Positions 26,716-41,149 of a stretch of 64,000 bases of DNA are shown one piece after another. Position 1 is the first letter of the stretch; each line of letters begins with the position of its first letter. Source of the stretch: Gnetum montanum (taxonomy: Eukaryota > Plantae > Gnetophyta); the NCBI GenBank assembly GCA_015680685.1, contig MNCI01003240.1, positions 494,462 through 558,461 of the forward strand. The letters are read 5' to 3'. The position numbers and the translations under genes are program-made. Under the pieces are notes generated by a model. That model saw only the letters and a program-made list of their open reading frames with translations, was not told the origin of the DNA and did not search any database.

Positions 26716-27887
26716 TATAACGATGGAAAAATTTGATATTGGAGGGCCAAAATGTTTTGTAGAAAATAGTTTAACCATGGATCCATGTACCTTAGAAAAG
26801 GATCCAGGGCACTTCAAATGGTCTTGTTGATCGATTGAGGACATGGAAGTTTGTTGCTAGATGCTATAAAAAATAAGTGATAATGTACAAAAAGGTGTTT
26901 CAAATGTTAAATCCAAGAACAGAGAGATGTACAAAATGATATGAAAAAACAAAGAAACTGCAACTTTGTATTAACTTCTATGAAAATAGTTTAAGAAAAA
27001 TATAGATAATGGACTATGAAAATCCAAGATTACAAAAATTTCCTTGAAATTTGATGGAAATGACAAGGTGTATTCTACCATCAAATATGCACTTATCTTT
27101 CTTTACTTGATCTTCTACTAAACTTAATTTTCCATTAGTTCCCTTTGCTTTGGATATTCTATGCTAGATGAAAATGATTGTTGACTCTTAGATGTTAACA
27201 TTGCTTCAAAAGTTTCAAGTTCATCCAAATGCAAAATGATCCAAAAGCCCTTCAAAAGATGTAAACTTTAGCTTAAATAAGCTATGAACATCCTGATTTC
27301 TTAATGTTTAATTTTGCTATAATTTTTGTCAAATTTCTAACAAATTTTGCAACTATTGTTAATGCTTTATTTTAGAGTGTGAACAATTTTAGCTTTTTTC
27401 CTATCCTCACATTTTGCTCCCACACACTACCCATCATGTGCAATTGGGATGCCTAACATGTGGAATCAATGCCCAAATCCCACATGCTAGATAGTATGTG
27501 GACTTGAAATGTATTGTGTGAGATGAAAATGTTAATTTTTGTAGCTTGTGAAGTATTTTTAGCCCTCATAAATTGGAATACATGGAATTTGTAGCTTATA
27601 GAGCACCTTTTTTCTTTCACAAAGTGGGATACAAGGCATTTATAGCTTTTAGAGCATTTTTAGTGTCCATAAGCTAGAATAAATGGGATCTATAGTGCGT
27701 GGGTTGCACATTCTAATTCTTTTACATTCAAAAACTGCTTGAAATTCTTTTAATATAAGGCCATAATGTAGGATTTTTGGGGGAAAACATGAAAATTATT
27801 CTACCTTTATATTTCCACTAAATTACTACATGAATTTTGGCTATGAGCTTTCACTTCTATAGTATTAATTTTCTTTGAGGTGTTTCA
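26716..27887 (-). repeat. 5' LTR of element A
   Basis: Minus strand starts TGAAACACCTCAAAG, is homologous to the LTR starting at 40822, and is adjacent to the PBS. Confidence 0.8.
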
Positions 27888-30142
27888 AGAGCATGGGGAG
27901 TAGAAACAAATAATTGGCTTCGTTAAACTTGATCATACATTGTCTAGAGGACCCTGAAAGACCTAGAAAAGAATCAAAAAAATTCCTACTTTCCAAAAAT
28001 CCATCTGCAAGTACCCATACACTAGGAATTTAATCCCCACATGTTAGGAATCCATCCATGAATGCTCACATGTTGGGGATCTAGGTTCCACACACTATGC
28101 CAATGTGTGGAATAACATGTGGAATATCAACATGTTGCTAACTTGATTAATATAGATCATGCTTTTCCTAAGATGATCAAATAGACTATAGATCTTACCT
28201 ACATAGTCTAGATGATATCATGGAAGCCTAGACAAAATAATAACCTAACCAAAAATTTGCATAAGTTGATAGATTAGGTTCCACATGTTGGGAATCAGCC
28301 TTAAGATGTTCATACACTACTAGCACAAGCTCCACATGCTATGCTAGCATGTGAGATAGTGTGTGAGACATACAAAAGTTATCAACATGTCCATATAGTC
28401 TCATATGCTATCTAGTAGATCCCACAAAATATAGAAAAAATCACCAAAAATTCCATATTCTATAGGTAAGAAATTAACCTCCACATGTTGTGAAAATTAG
28501 TTTTATTTTCTCATACAATGCTCAAACCTATCCCACACACTATGGCATTATGTGGAGTAGCATTTGGAACACTAGCTAGTTATAATCTTAGTAAAATTTG
28601 TCCACACACTACTCAGAATTGTCAAATAAGGCTTGAAACTCTTGTACACAACCTAGACACAATCATACCTTAAATAAGAAATAAAATTGGTCAAAATTCC
28701 TTAAAAGCTATCGATCCAAGCACCACATGCTATGGATCTAGATAGAGAAGGTTACATGCTATTAACATAGGCCTCACACACTATGGAATGTAGCCCAAGA
28801 TGCTTACATGCTACCTACACTAATCCTACATGTTGTGATTATGTCATATGATGTCCACACACTAGGAAATTAGGTACCACATGCTATGAACATGTCATAT
28901 AGTGCTCACATACTAGGAAATTAAGTTCCACATGCTAGAAATATAATTTTTTGTCCTTTTTAACTAGTTTTACCATAAAAACGAATTAGTCTTAGTTTTA
29001 TAGCTTGTTTGCATTAGATTTTTACTTGTTTCAACCACAAAATGATCAAAAAATAAAAAATTTCTATTTTTAATGTCATTCAAATTTATTTAACCTTGTT
29101 TGACTTCTATTTTACATCATTTGGCTTCATTTTTACATCATTTTGACCACATTTGATCTTATTTAGCTTCATTTAGCATCACCTAGACCTTATTTGGACT
29201 CATTTTATATCATTTTACATTGTTTTGACCTCATTTTCCCTTCACTCTACCTTGCTCCATCTTATTCTACCATGTTATAACCTTATCTTACCTTGTTTTA
29301 CTTTGTTTTGATATTATTTTATATTATTTTTCTTTCTCATTATAGTATTTTCCATTATTTTAACATTTTTTAACAATTATATCATGCATATACCACTTGA
29401 TGTGCTAATGTTAATATGAAGGATTGAGCTAGAAAGATGAGGAAGTAACTCAACTAGCCTTTAAGCCTAAGTAGACTCTTCTCATGATGTTGTTTGACTA
29501 ATATGACATTGAATGCCTAAAGCTAGAGCTTGTAATACTTTTACCATATAGTGTTAATGCCTTGGAATAACTTGACTACTCTTGACCTTGAAACTAGAAA
29601 CATGAGAAAGGATTCATTGGTTGAAATTTCCATTTTAACCAACAATGGTGGGGAGAAAACCCAAAAAATAAGTTCCTTACTATAACTTTAGTTTGCTTAA
29701 TAAAGCATCAAACCCCTACAAGAAACACATTGAATCCTTCACATAGGCTTAATTACATATAACATTGACATATGTTCTTGTAGTATTTATTTTCCTTTGC
29801 TTACAGGTGTGGATGGACAAATGACATTGACAACTCCTATAGCCTACAACAAGCAATCCTGCATAGCCTTTCATATTTTTAGCATCTTAAACCACTACAA
29901 AATTTTTATGAATCTATAAAGAAATATATAAAGATTTAATATTTTACAAATTGTAACGAATGGTAGCCTATATTTGCTTATTTCCTCATGTAACCTCTAA
30001 TAATAGCATGTATTCTTTGACTTGTTTTATTGTCCTCTTGGAGTGGTGCTTGCAAGATGAGTGTGAAGTCATTATAGAGGTGTGACTCATTGTAGTAGCA
30101 AGTTACTATGCAATCTCAATATACAAGATTTAACTACCTTGT

Positions 30143-30962
30143 TGATGAGTGGTGAGGTACCCCTATGCCCAACCATACAAATACGAGTGTTCATGCATGA
30201 TCCAATCAAACTCCAAGGATTAAGTGCTTATACGCTTACAAAAAACAAGGATGGGTTATGCAATCGTTGTCCTCCCAAGCTTACTTGCAAGGTAAAATTG
30301 TATGGTTAAGTTAACTTGAGGTATGTGATTTTTATGCTTTTTATGTTTTATGGTCCTCATGCTTAAAAAGGGAAAATGAAATAAATTAATAACTAATGGG
30401 ATTTAACTAGCTAACTATTCTCTAACTAGTCCTAAAACCAGCATCTGTTCCCACTTGCTAGACATATCCTGAGCCAGTGTAACACTACTGGGATTACCAA
30501 ACGTTAGTCGTTACTAGGTTACCAAGTGTTCCATGTATGCTCAAAGTAGTCATATTGAGTGTGCTTAGTTATGGAAAATTAATAATTCTCTAAAAAGAAC
30601 ATCAATTAACTAATGAAAGAATTAAATAATTATAAGTAACATTAAATATAATAAATAAGCTATTCTAAATGTTGCAAGGTTTATCACAAAGTTCGTCTTT
30701 ATTTCAAGACACAGGTGTGTTCAGGTACACAATGCTCAAATAAAGATCTGCTCACTTTATGACTCCTATTGCGGACACTCAGAAACAATTCTAACTCTGG
30801 AAATGGAAAACTACAAGAGTTTTGGTAAGGGATTAAGAAACTAACTATCCAACCCAAGTGCCCCCATATCTTATTTATAGGAAACAAGATAGATTCCAAT
30901 ATCGTATGTCCAATATTACTTGAAAGGATTCAATATCACGAACCCGATATTGAAACTCATCA
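30143..30962 (-). repeat. 3' LTR of element E
   Basis: Direct repeat of 39253-40087. Confidence 0.92.
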
Positions 30963-32959
30963 TAACCCCACAACTGAATGAAAACTTGTCCTTGATTTCC
31001 TTATAAAAATTGGGAAGGTATGGGGGATTATTGACTAAATGACAATTTGACAGTAACATGGAATGACAAACTTGAATGCCTAGTGAACAGATCAACAAAC
31101 ATATTACAGCATTAGTGTTCATAACCATTGTGGTGAACACTATACAAAGGTGACATCCAGACCCTCATTTGATAACTTGGAGAGAGAGAGGGAAATGAAA
31201 AGGAGATGCATTACTACTGATGTGAAAATTATGCACACCATTGTTCATCCATGGCTACATGATTAATCATGTTCCTTGCATATACATTCTAGCTCCAGTC
31301 CATCCTGAGTGCTCCCTCTTATCCCAGTCCTATATTCATATAATTTTCATATGGACATATAATACAATCACGAATTAGCAAGGATAGATAAGATAGGATG
31401 TAGTTGATACCTTGCCTCAATATGAAGCACATTGGCTAGGTTATGGGTATGGAAAATACTAGGTTAGAGGTTTGTAATTGATAACTACCCAAGGTGTAGG
31501 GGTGAGATAATTAATGGAAAAATTTGTGCTAGGGCCCCCACTACTAAAAGAAAACCTTCGATAGCAATAGGGTGGATAACGGAAGAACAAGGAAGATAAA
31601 ATAAATAACAATGGTGAAGCGACTAAAACAAGAACAAGAGTAGATGTCATGGATGGGGTGAAATGAGATATAGTTGATTGCAAGAAATTTTTAAAGGAAA
31701 GCACTTTAGAATTTCACCAAAAATGAATGCCAGTGGGTCCTCCCCAAAGTAAGATCATGCCCTGTATGACCTAACAAACCCATAAACCAAAGAGTCCATA
31801 GGCTCTAGGAATGAAATATGGAAACAATGGTTAAAAACTTACCCATAAGAGTTTACCAAAGAATAACAATGCATCAACCAAGACATAGACTAATCATAAA
31901 ATTGATAGTGAGGTGGAATATGGCAAGAAATATGGAGAGAGAAGAGATAATGGAATGGGATCGCAAAGACAAGGTTGTGTAAAGTCCCTTGTGTATTATG
32001 TAGTTAAGGGAACTTAATAAAATCTATTCTAAATCCAAATTTAAACCAACCACATCTAGTGACCTCACATTAACATAGTTAACCAACCCATCCTCCTAAA
32101 GCAGCAAGTATGCTTCCACAGAGCAACCACCATTCCAACAAGAGGAGAATAGAGAAGCAAGAAGTGAAAAGCGCCTTAGTTAGAGGGAACCTTTAGGCAT
32201 GGGTAACATGTCTTTCTAATGCCATAGCTAGTGCTTGTAGCCCACATTTGTTTATTATGTCTTAGGGGTGTGCTTTGAATTCTCACCAACTTTTTTTCTT
32301 TTTTTTTTGTGTGAGAACCACACCATGCAAAGAATTATTTGATTCATTCAACTTCCTAATTTTAATTAATAGTAGAATGAAAAAAAACCTATGAAAAACA
32401 TCCAGTTACCCAAGAGAATAGCTAGCACAAATGCATCGAATCCCCTTGAAGTCACACCCTTTCTAATCCATTTGAATCTTTTCTTGATTTGAAGAATATA
32501 AAGCTACGAATTCATTAATTGGTTTTTTTAGGAAAAGGGATAGTATAGCTCCAAAACAAAGGGAGACCATAGAGTCGAATGGATGAATGGATGATGTGGA
32601 CTCATTGTCTGTTTTATCAAAAGAACCATATCTTAGCATCAACATTGAAAGTCAAAGGTAAAAAGCAAACATTAGCAATCAACACTATTATAGTATCATC
32701 CATCATCATGAGCACTTATTATATGACAAGTGAGAGTTAATCAGATAAAATAAAATAGAGACAAGAAATAGTAAAAATTTTAATGATGGTATAAAACAAA
32801 TATATATAAATATGAAAAATGTGTAAAAAAAAAATTTGTAAAAAAAAAAAAAAGAACAAAAGAAACTGAGAGCTTAAAATGGTTAGCATTGGTGGCCATC
32901 TCTCCCATGACTAAGTTGGAAGGTGGAGATCCAAAATAATGAGCAAGGTTTTCCATTAA

Positions 32960-35900
32960 TAGAGGTAGTGTTAGTACTGGCTACTTTAGGCTCATGGAAA
33001 GGTTTGGTTTGCTAGATGCTGACCAATAATTTCTTGTTTGGGCTTTCAAGTTTATAGATCATCATGGCCCCTAAATAAAAAGTTTCATGAATGATATAAG
33101 GTCCTTCCCACAACATTTGAAATTTAGTTCGTTGTGGTAGATGTGCGGGATTCCAGCATAGAACCTTATGTCCTAGTTGGTATTTGACTTTCCTAATCAT
33201 TAGGTCATGATATTATTTGTTAAAGGCCTTGTGTAGTTCATTGAATGACAGGGCAGCTAATCAATTTTCATCTAGTAAGTTAAGGTTCAATAACCATTCA
33301 TTTTATGCTAGATTGAGGTCAAGGTTGAGGTCACATGCTATAGATAGCGTATAGAGCTCAACTTGGATAGGAAGTGTTGGAAGTTTACCATACACTAACT
33401 CATAGGGAGAGTAGCCTATAGGGAGTTTTTATGTGGAGTGATACGCTCAAAGATCATCATTCAATTTGGTGCTCTAGTATCTCCTATATTTGCTAATGGT
33501 TCATGTCCATATTTTTGTGATCTCCCTATTGGTGACTTCAACTTGACCATTTGCTCGAGGATGATATGGGCTAGCCAGCTTGTGCTCAACTCTCAAGCAT
33601 TGCATCAACTTTTGAAAAGTAGCACCATTAACAAAAGTAAGTGCATGAGGCATACCAAACCTATTTAAAATTTTTTGTTGAATAAATCATGTAGCAATAG
33701 ATGATGTAATGTCCATGATAGTGACTACTTCTACCCACTTTGTAAAATAGTTAACAACAACAACAATGTAGGCTTTTCCATTAGACATTGGTGTAATAGG
33801 CCCCATAAAATCAATACCCCATATGTTGAAGGGTTCTAAAGGTTGAATCCATTGTTATGGACCCTCCATTCTAGCAATCATTCCCCCATGACATTGGCAA
33901 CACTCACAAGATTGGATGAAGTGATGAGTGTCCTAGAACAATGTAGGCCAATAATACCCTACAAGCAAGATTTTAATGGTTGTTCATCTCTTAGCTTAAT
34001 GACCCCCACAAGGACCCTCATGAGCATCTTGGAGAACTTGCAATTGATCTACATCAGAAACACATCATCAAAGCAATCCATCAAAACATACCTTATAAAG
34101 GTGTTTGTTGATTTCCATGAAATATTTGGCTCGATGAAGAAACTATTGTTCCTTTTTAATGTCTAAACCTTGTGGTGTTTATTGTGTGAGAAGATAGGTA
34201 AGAATGCTACTATACCAATTTGTATCTGTGGTTAATTCATTGTTTATTACACATGAATAGAGGATTTCATTAGGGAAGTGGTTAGAAATTAGATATTTGT
34301 CCTCTTTGTTGTCCCATCATAACCAAGATAAATAATCAGCAACAACATTCTCGGTGCCTTTACGATCAATAATCATAAGATCAAACTCTTGTAAGATCAC
34401 AAGCCATCGTATGATGCGAAGGCTCACCATTGGTTTATTCATTAGGAACTATATTACACTATGGTCCATGTGTACAAATATCTTATATCCTAATACATAG
34501 TGCCTAAATTTTTCTATTGCAAACACCACAACCATTAACTCTTTTTCTATTGTGGTGTAGTTTTGTTGCGCACTAGCAATACTTTGTCTTGCATAGTGAA
34601 TGTAATAGGATCATGTTTGGTCATCTAATTGTGTAAGTATGGCTCCCAAAGCAAAATTGGACATGTTAGTCATTATATAGTATGGTCTAGACTAGTCAAG
34701 AGGTTGTAGAATGGGTGTTTCTATGAGCTTCTATTTCAAAGTTTGCAAAGCTATCTCACATTCCATGGTCCATTCAAATCATACATCCTTCTTTGTTAAT
34801 TCTACCAATGGTTTTACAATCTTTGAGAAGTTCTCAATGAAGCATCTATAATAGCCAATATGTCCAAGGAATGATCAAATGTCTTTTACAGTTTCAGGTT
34901 GACAAGTGATTCCTTGGATAATCTTAATCTTTTTAGGGCCTACCTCTATCCCTATTTGTGAAATCTTATGTACTAATACAATGCCTTCTTGGACCATTAA
35001 ATGGCTTTTTGCCAATTGATCCTTAAATTGGTTTCAACACATCATTTTAGTACTTGCTCTAATTGGTCTAATGCTTATTCAAAGTCTGCTCCATGGGTGA
35101 AGAAATCATCCATGAAAACCTCCACACCATTTCCTATTTGCTACTGAAATATACTTAGAACGAAACATTGAAATGTTTTTGGGACATTGCACAAGCCAAA
35201 CAACATATGCCTATATGAAAATTTCCCCCAAGGACTTGTGAATGTAGTTTTGGCTTGGTCTTCTAGTGCTATTTGAATTTTATTGTATCCACTGTAACAA
35301 TCCAGAAAACTATAGTAGCAATGCCTTGCAATGGTATCTAAGACTTGCTCAATGAATGGTAATGGAAAGTGATCTTTGAATGTTACCATGTTTAGTAGCC
35401 TAAAGTCTATATAGACCCCCCAGTTACCTTCCTTTTTAGGCACAATGACTAATGAACCAACCCATTCACTGTTAGAAATGGGGTAGATGAACCTAGCCTT
35501 TAGAAGTTGTTCAATTTCTTCTTTAACGACTTGCTGAAGCTTTGGGTTCAATTGCCTTTGCAGTTTTCATTGAGGCTTCATGAAGGGGTTAGTGTAAATT
35601 CTATGTTGGCATATCCTAGGATCTATTCTGGTTAATTCAAGATATGACCAAGCAAAGGCTTTCAACCAATTTTTTACCATTTTCAATAGTCTTTATTTTT
35701 GTTTAAAAGCAAGCTTAGTGTTAATAGTTATCGATTTTCCATTCTTGAGAAATGTGTATTCCATACCGATGGGCAATGGTTTTAACTCAAGGGGCTCTTG
35801 CTTAAACTTATCATGGATTTCCAACTTCCCCCAATTGATATTTTCGATGTTAGGACTTAGAAGTTGATGATGGACTTACTCTAGTGTATCTATGTTATCA

Positions 35901-38170
35901 ATATACATGCAACTCAAGCTCTTAGTTGGTTCTATGCATATAGTTGAATTGCTCTCTTGGTTAGATGTCAGCCACTAGGCGCCTTCTTATCTTATGACTA
36001 CTGCATATAGGCATCTTTGTATGTTAGTTATTTGTGTACACTAGTTGCATGTAGGAAATGTTGAACATTGTACAAACTAGGACCTCTACAAGCAATTACA
36101 CCTTGTGTCACTATATGTGATGCATGGAACTTTCTTCTTCTTAATATTTCCATATGTATTCTCTTTTGATATTTTTAGGGAAAGATCATGTACTCCTAGG
36201 CATGCATCAAACATGCTTAGCCATGCTCTTCCCATAATGATTTAGAAGTCCCCCTTACAGTTGTTGATGTGAATAACTGGGAAATCGGTTAGATACGACC
36301 ACCCACAAATAGTGGTGACAATGGCCTCTACTAGTGCTAGTGGGACAGTGATGGACTGGTTGGCCAACTCTAAATGAATGTTACTCTTTTTTAGTGGAGG
36401 TAGGTTTCAAGCTTTGTACATTTCTTGAGAGATTAAGTTAACACTAGAGCCTAAGTCCAAAATAGCTTTGCAAGGCTCATTCCTAGCAATTTCCAAATAT
36501 ATAAGAGGGCTTCTAGGATTAGAGAATTTCCTAGAAAGATGGCTATCTTTAATCCAATCAGTGATGACATGAGTCAACATGACCGTATACATTGGACATG
36601 ATTTTTGGTTCAAAGGAAGTTCCAAAAATTCAAATGGTGGTGAGGTGTTTGGAGAATTAGCCGTTTGTGGTTGTAAGAACTTAGTTGGACCATTAGCTCT
36701 GAAGAAAGGTCTCTTCTTTATGCAATTTTCTGAACGAATGATAGGTTAAGGATTAACAGCCCTTGTAGCATTATGTTGCTATGGTTGGGTAGGGAGCTCA
36801 CCCTACATATTTGGAATAGGTGATAATGTAGCTAAGGGTGGAAGAGATGTATTTGGATGAGAAGGATAGTATGTTTGTGGAACATCACCCCTAGGAGAAG
36901 GAGTTCTATAGTACTTGTGGGTTTGGTAGTGAGGCTAAGGAGTGATGTGACTAGTAGAGTCACATGGAGAGATCAGCTATTGCACGTAGTATCCATATGG
37001 GTTAGGATGACAGTAAGGGTATTGTTGATGTGGTAATGGCATTCCCCATAATTGTAGGTGTTGCCACTGTTGATACTATTCAATCGATTTTGGTGGAGTT
37101 CTACTTGGATAATATGTCAAGGGTTGGTGGAACTACCTTGGGTTACCTTGAGGGTAAGGTAACCTTTGTGGTATTTGCCATCTGTTTAATTGTGAGTTTA
37201 GTGCATACACTCCAAAATCTTGCATATTTGATACTACTGGGCAACATCCTTTAAGATGGTCGTATTGGCATATCTCACATCCACCATTATTGTCTATGCC
37301 TAAATCCATGAAGTCTTCAATGACAATCACTTTGCCCTTACCCCTGTTACATGCATACTCAACTTCCTTCTTTTTTCTCCTCTCTCGGTTACTACTTTGT
37401 TCTCTAGATTCCTCTACTATTTTTAGAACAATTTGAAATTTATAATCTAGGGAGTTCCACATTTGATCTACCTTTGCTGATACTTCTGATGTAAATTTTT
37501 GAATAGGCAAAGTCTTCCTATTCACCATCTCTTTGAGTGATGACTCTTCTTCATCCTTACAAAATCTAACTCCCTTCTTTCAAACTGAAGGATATCTATT
37601 GTATTCCTCTATACTTTCTCTTTTCCATAACTCACCTTCCTCTTTGGAAACTTGCTCCAACAATCTTTATATTTGATGGGCTCTAAGCTCAGATAGCCTT
37701 CCTTAGGCATAAGTCCCAAGGGTTCTTCGTATTTCGTACCTAAGCCCATCTATGAGATGACGTGGTTGTTTCTTTTGCAAGTAATCATAGCTAGGGCAAT
37801 GATGTAATAATGCATAATATTGGCCCATGGTAGCATCCAAGGATTTGTGTCCTCCTTGTTTTCATCCTTGGATTTGCTTACATAGGTTGGACACTTAGGA
37901 GTACATTTGATACTTATTATTGAATAGCTCTACAATGGTACTCCATTGGTGAATGGATTCCAGTTCTAAGGACTGGTACCAGCTTTCCACTTCCTTGATT
38001 AGTGTCCATGGAAACAACTTAAGTTTTTGCCTTTCATTTTCTATATTTTGTAAGGAACATGCATCATGAAATGCTTGTAGATGGTTTTAAGGATCAACAT
38101 TATATCCCCCTTCAAATTGTGGAATGTTATTCATGTCTAATCTTTTGATCCTACTATTCTTCTAGTGCCT
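32960..38170 (-). pseudogene. Decayed gag-pol of element E
   Basis: Protease AILDLGSSVNLI; RT VVKEEIEQLLKARFIYPISNSEWV, KDHFPLPFIEQVLD and FMDDF; integrase WGIDFMGP and LWEGPY. Confidence 0.93.
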
Positions 38171-39252
38171 CGTTGGGATTCTGATAGTCTCAATTATATC
38201 TAACATACTTTAGGTGGTGAGTAGGGGTTCATCATGATCATATTGTCTATGGCATCTATGATGCCTATGCTATTCCATACTCTCGCTTCTTTCGTTATGT
38301 GTTTCTCTAGAATGCCCTTGTCCCCTTTCTCAATTGTTTTGTCTATGATCTCTATTTCAGTTACCCTTGTCATCATGGTCTTTCCCTTTATGACTACATT
38401 TTGATCTCGAAGGAGAGAGGGAAGGAGATGATGAAGATGAAGAGGAAGGAGGACTGGCACCATGACACTGTCTATCACTTTCTATTTGATGGTCGTGGCC
38501 TTGATTGTGGTTACTATCGGAATGTCCATCATTGCCATGTGTTCGTGTTTCTTTTTCAAACCCTTTGTGTCTATTGGTATTAAAACCTAGGTTATGAACT
38601 ATTTATTGAAGATTATGATACACAACTCCTTGAATAAAGTCAACGAGAGGAACATCATTTTGTGGAAAACCTCCCAAGGCAAGTTCACCACCCTCATTTT
38701 TACTTAAGACATATGGCACATCCTGAGATCACTTTCCATTCATAGATTTCTAATGTCTCTCCTATTGTAGGTCCCTTTGACATTGTGCCTCCATGGGTCA
38801 ATACTCTCTCAAGTTGTATTCATGCACAACGTATTCTGTCTGCAAGTGTTGCATCCCAATTCGTGTGAGAGCATGAAGAAGCATACTTGGGATTGAGCGA
38901 TCGGGAGGTAATACTAAGTTTCCTTCTAAATCACGCCATCACAATTGTTCATCCTAGTAAAGGAAAAAGGTAATTTCTAGTACATACACATTAGGATAAG
39001 CATATACTAGGTGAAACTGTTGGGGTACTGGCAAATCATCATGTGTACTATGCCTCTGATTGTTCATTGTGTCAGACCTAGGTGTGAAGCACTCTCATAA
39101 GAAGAAGGAGACATGATTGTTTCTTTAGTTTGCAATACTTCTCTTTTCAATGATTGTAGGATAACCAACCCTAAGGGTTCATCCCAATGATGGAAATATT
39201 TCCTAAGTTCTAATCAGTGCACAAACAACAAAATCCGTAGTAATGATGCCAA

Positions 39253-40087
39253 TGATGAGTGGTAAGGTACCCCTATTCCCAACCATATGAATACAAGCAT
39301 TCACACTCAATCTAGTCAAACTCCAAGGATTAAGTACTTATACACTTACACGGAACAAGGATGGGTTATGCAATCATTCTCTTCCCAAGCTTACTTGTAA
39401 GGCACAATTGTATGGTTAAGTAAACTTGAGGTATGTGATTTTTATACTTTTTATGTTTTATGGTCTTGGTGCTTAAAAAGAGGAAATGAAATAAATTGAT
39501 AACTAATTTGATTTAACTAGCTAACTATTCTCTAACTAGTCCTAACACCAATATCCATTCCCACTTGTGGGACACATCCTGAACTAGTGTAAGACTATTG
39601 GGATTACCAAACGCTAGTTGTCACTAGGTTACCAAGTGTTCCACGTATGCTTGAAGTGGTCGTACTAAGTGTGCTTACTTATGGAAAATTAATAATTCTC
39701 TAAAAACAACATCAATTAACTAATGAAAGAATTAAATAATTGTAAATAACATTAAGTGTAATAAATAAGCTATTCTAAATGTTGCAAGGTTTATCACAAA
39801 GTTCATCTTTATTTCCAAACACAAGGTGTGCTCAAGTATACAATGCTCGAATAAAGATCCATTCACTTTATGACTCCTACTGTGGACACTCAAAAATAAT
39901 TCTAAATCTAGAAAGGGAAAATTGCAAGAGTTCGAGTAAGGGACTAAGAAACTAACTATCCAACGCAAGTGCCCATGTCTCTTATTTATAGGCAACAAGA
40001 CAGACTCCAATATCATATGTCCGATATCACTTGGGAGGATCTGATATTGTAGACCAGATATTGGGGATCCAATATCGCGGCTCATCA
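39253..40087 (-). repeat. 5' LTR of element E
   Basis: Direct repeat of 30143-30962, adjacent to the PBS. Confidence 0.92.
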
Positions 40088-41149
40088 CTTATTTAGCCAT
40101 GTCAATAGTGCTTTCCTCATATCATCTCTATTACCCTTTCATAACCAGTAGTCATGCATCAATTATAGCCTTCCTTACCCTCACTAATGATGAAAAATAA
40201 TGTTTAACATAAATGTATCATGACCTTGACACATTTCTTCTAGGCATGCTCCATCTAATGAAATTCACTAATTCTACACGCATCTTTTTTAGTGATATAA
40301 TGAAAATCTAGTCTTTGGAATCAAAACCCAAGAAGGTTCTACTTCCATAAAATAAAATAAAGAGATGCTAAGAGAGCCAAGAGGCCAAAATAGCCTAATA
40401 AGTAACAAATGGTTTAGAAAATAAAAAGAATAAAAATTGAATTAACCCAAGTGGCCAAAGTAGCCAAGATCAAAAATGCTATCTTCATCAAAATTCAAGC
40501 CAACATAACTAGTATCATAAGCATGAAGCATGAAAAATAAAACAACCATTGAGCAAATACATCACTATGCCATGACTATGACGTAAATATTTGAAATTAT
40601 TCTCTAGCTTGTTTAATCCTTATCTTATAGCCAATGTAACCATTACCTCACTCTAGATTCCTATCATAATGTGTTGACCTTATTTCACCATCATGAGCAC
40701 TTCTTGGCACGATTTGACAACTACTGAATCAAGTGTGGATGGGGGGCATCGGTGAAGAACTCATGGTAGTGTTTTAAATTCTTTGTGGATAATTCTCCAA
40801 ACATCAACAACAAGGAATCAATGAAACACCTTAAGAAAAATTCATGCTCCAAAGAGGAATTCTAGGTAAATAAAGTTTACCATGTAATTTGATGGGATTC
40901 AAGAGCAAACTAAAAGCCTTGATTTTTCTTCAAAAATGTTATCTTATGACCTTTTTTTAGCCAAAGTTTGCACCATTTTCAATATGTAAAATAAATTTGA
41001 TGACTCTTACACTATGAATTTCATTATGCTAGCGTATGAGGGGCAAAGTTAAATCTATAAGTTTCTTAAATTGCATATAGATTCAAACCGTTGTGCTATT
41101 ATGTTTGATATGAATAGCCATCCTCCAAATTAGAACTCTAAAAGACTCA

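Larger units (their letters stand above)
2140..27887 (-). mobile_element. Element A: Tat/Ogre-like LTR retrotransposon, 3'-truncated, split by element B
   Basis: 5' LTR 26716-27887 and decayed tRNA-Asn PBS at ~26692-26710. gag N-terminus at ~25173-25950 continues at 4721-2140 as gag-protease homologous to B and C. The left boundary is approximate. Confidence 0.8.
30143..40087 (-). mobile_element. Element E: Athila-lineage Ty3/gypsy, full length but decayed
   Basis: LTRs 30143-30962 and 39253-40087 with TGATGAG...CTCATCA ends; TSD cttgt/cttat; decayed tRNA-Asp PBS at 39234-39251; PPT-like ttgtgggg beside 30962. Confidence 0.92.
27888..41140 (+). mobile_element. Element F: 3' portion of a fourth family member, split by element E
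   Basis: 29390-30142 and 40093-40820 are collinear with B 22362-23858. An LTR starts TGAAACACCTTAAG at 40822. The right end is uncertain. Confidence 0.75.
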
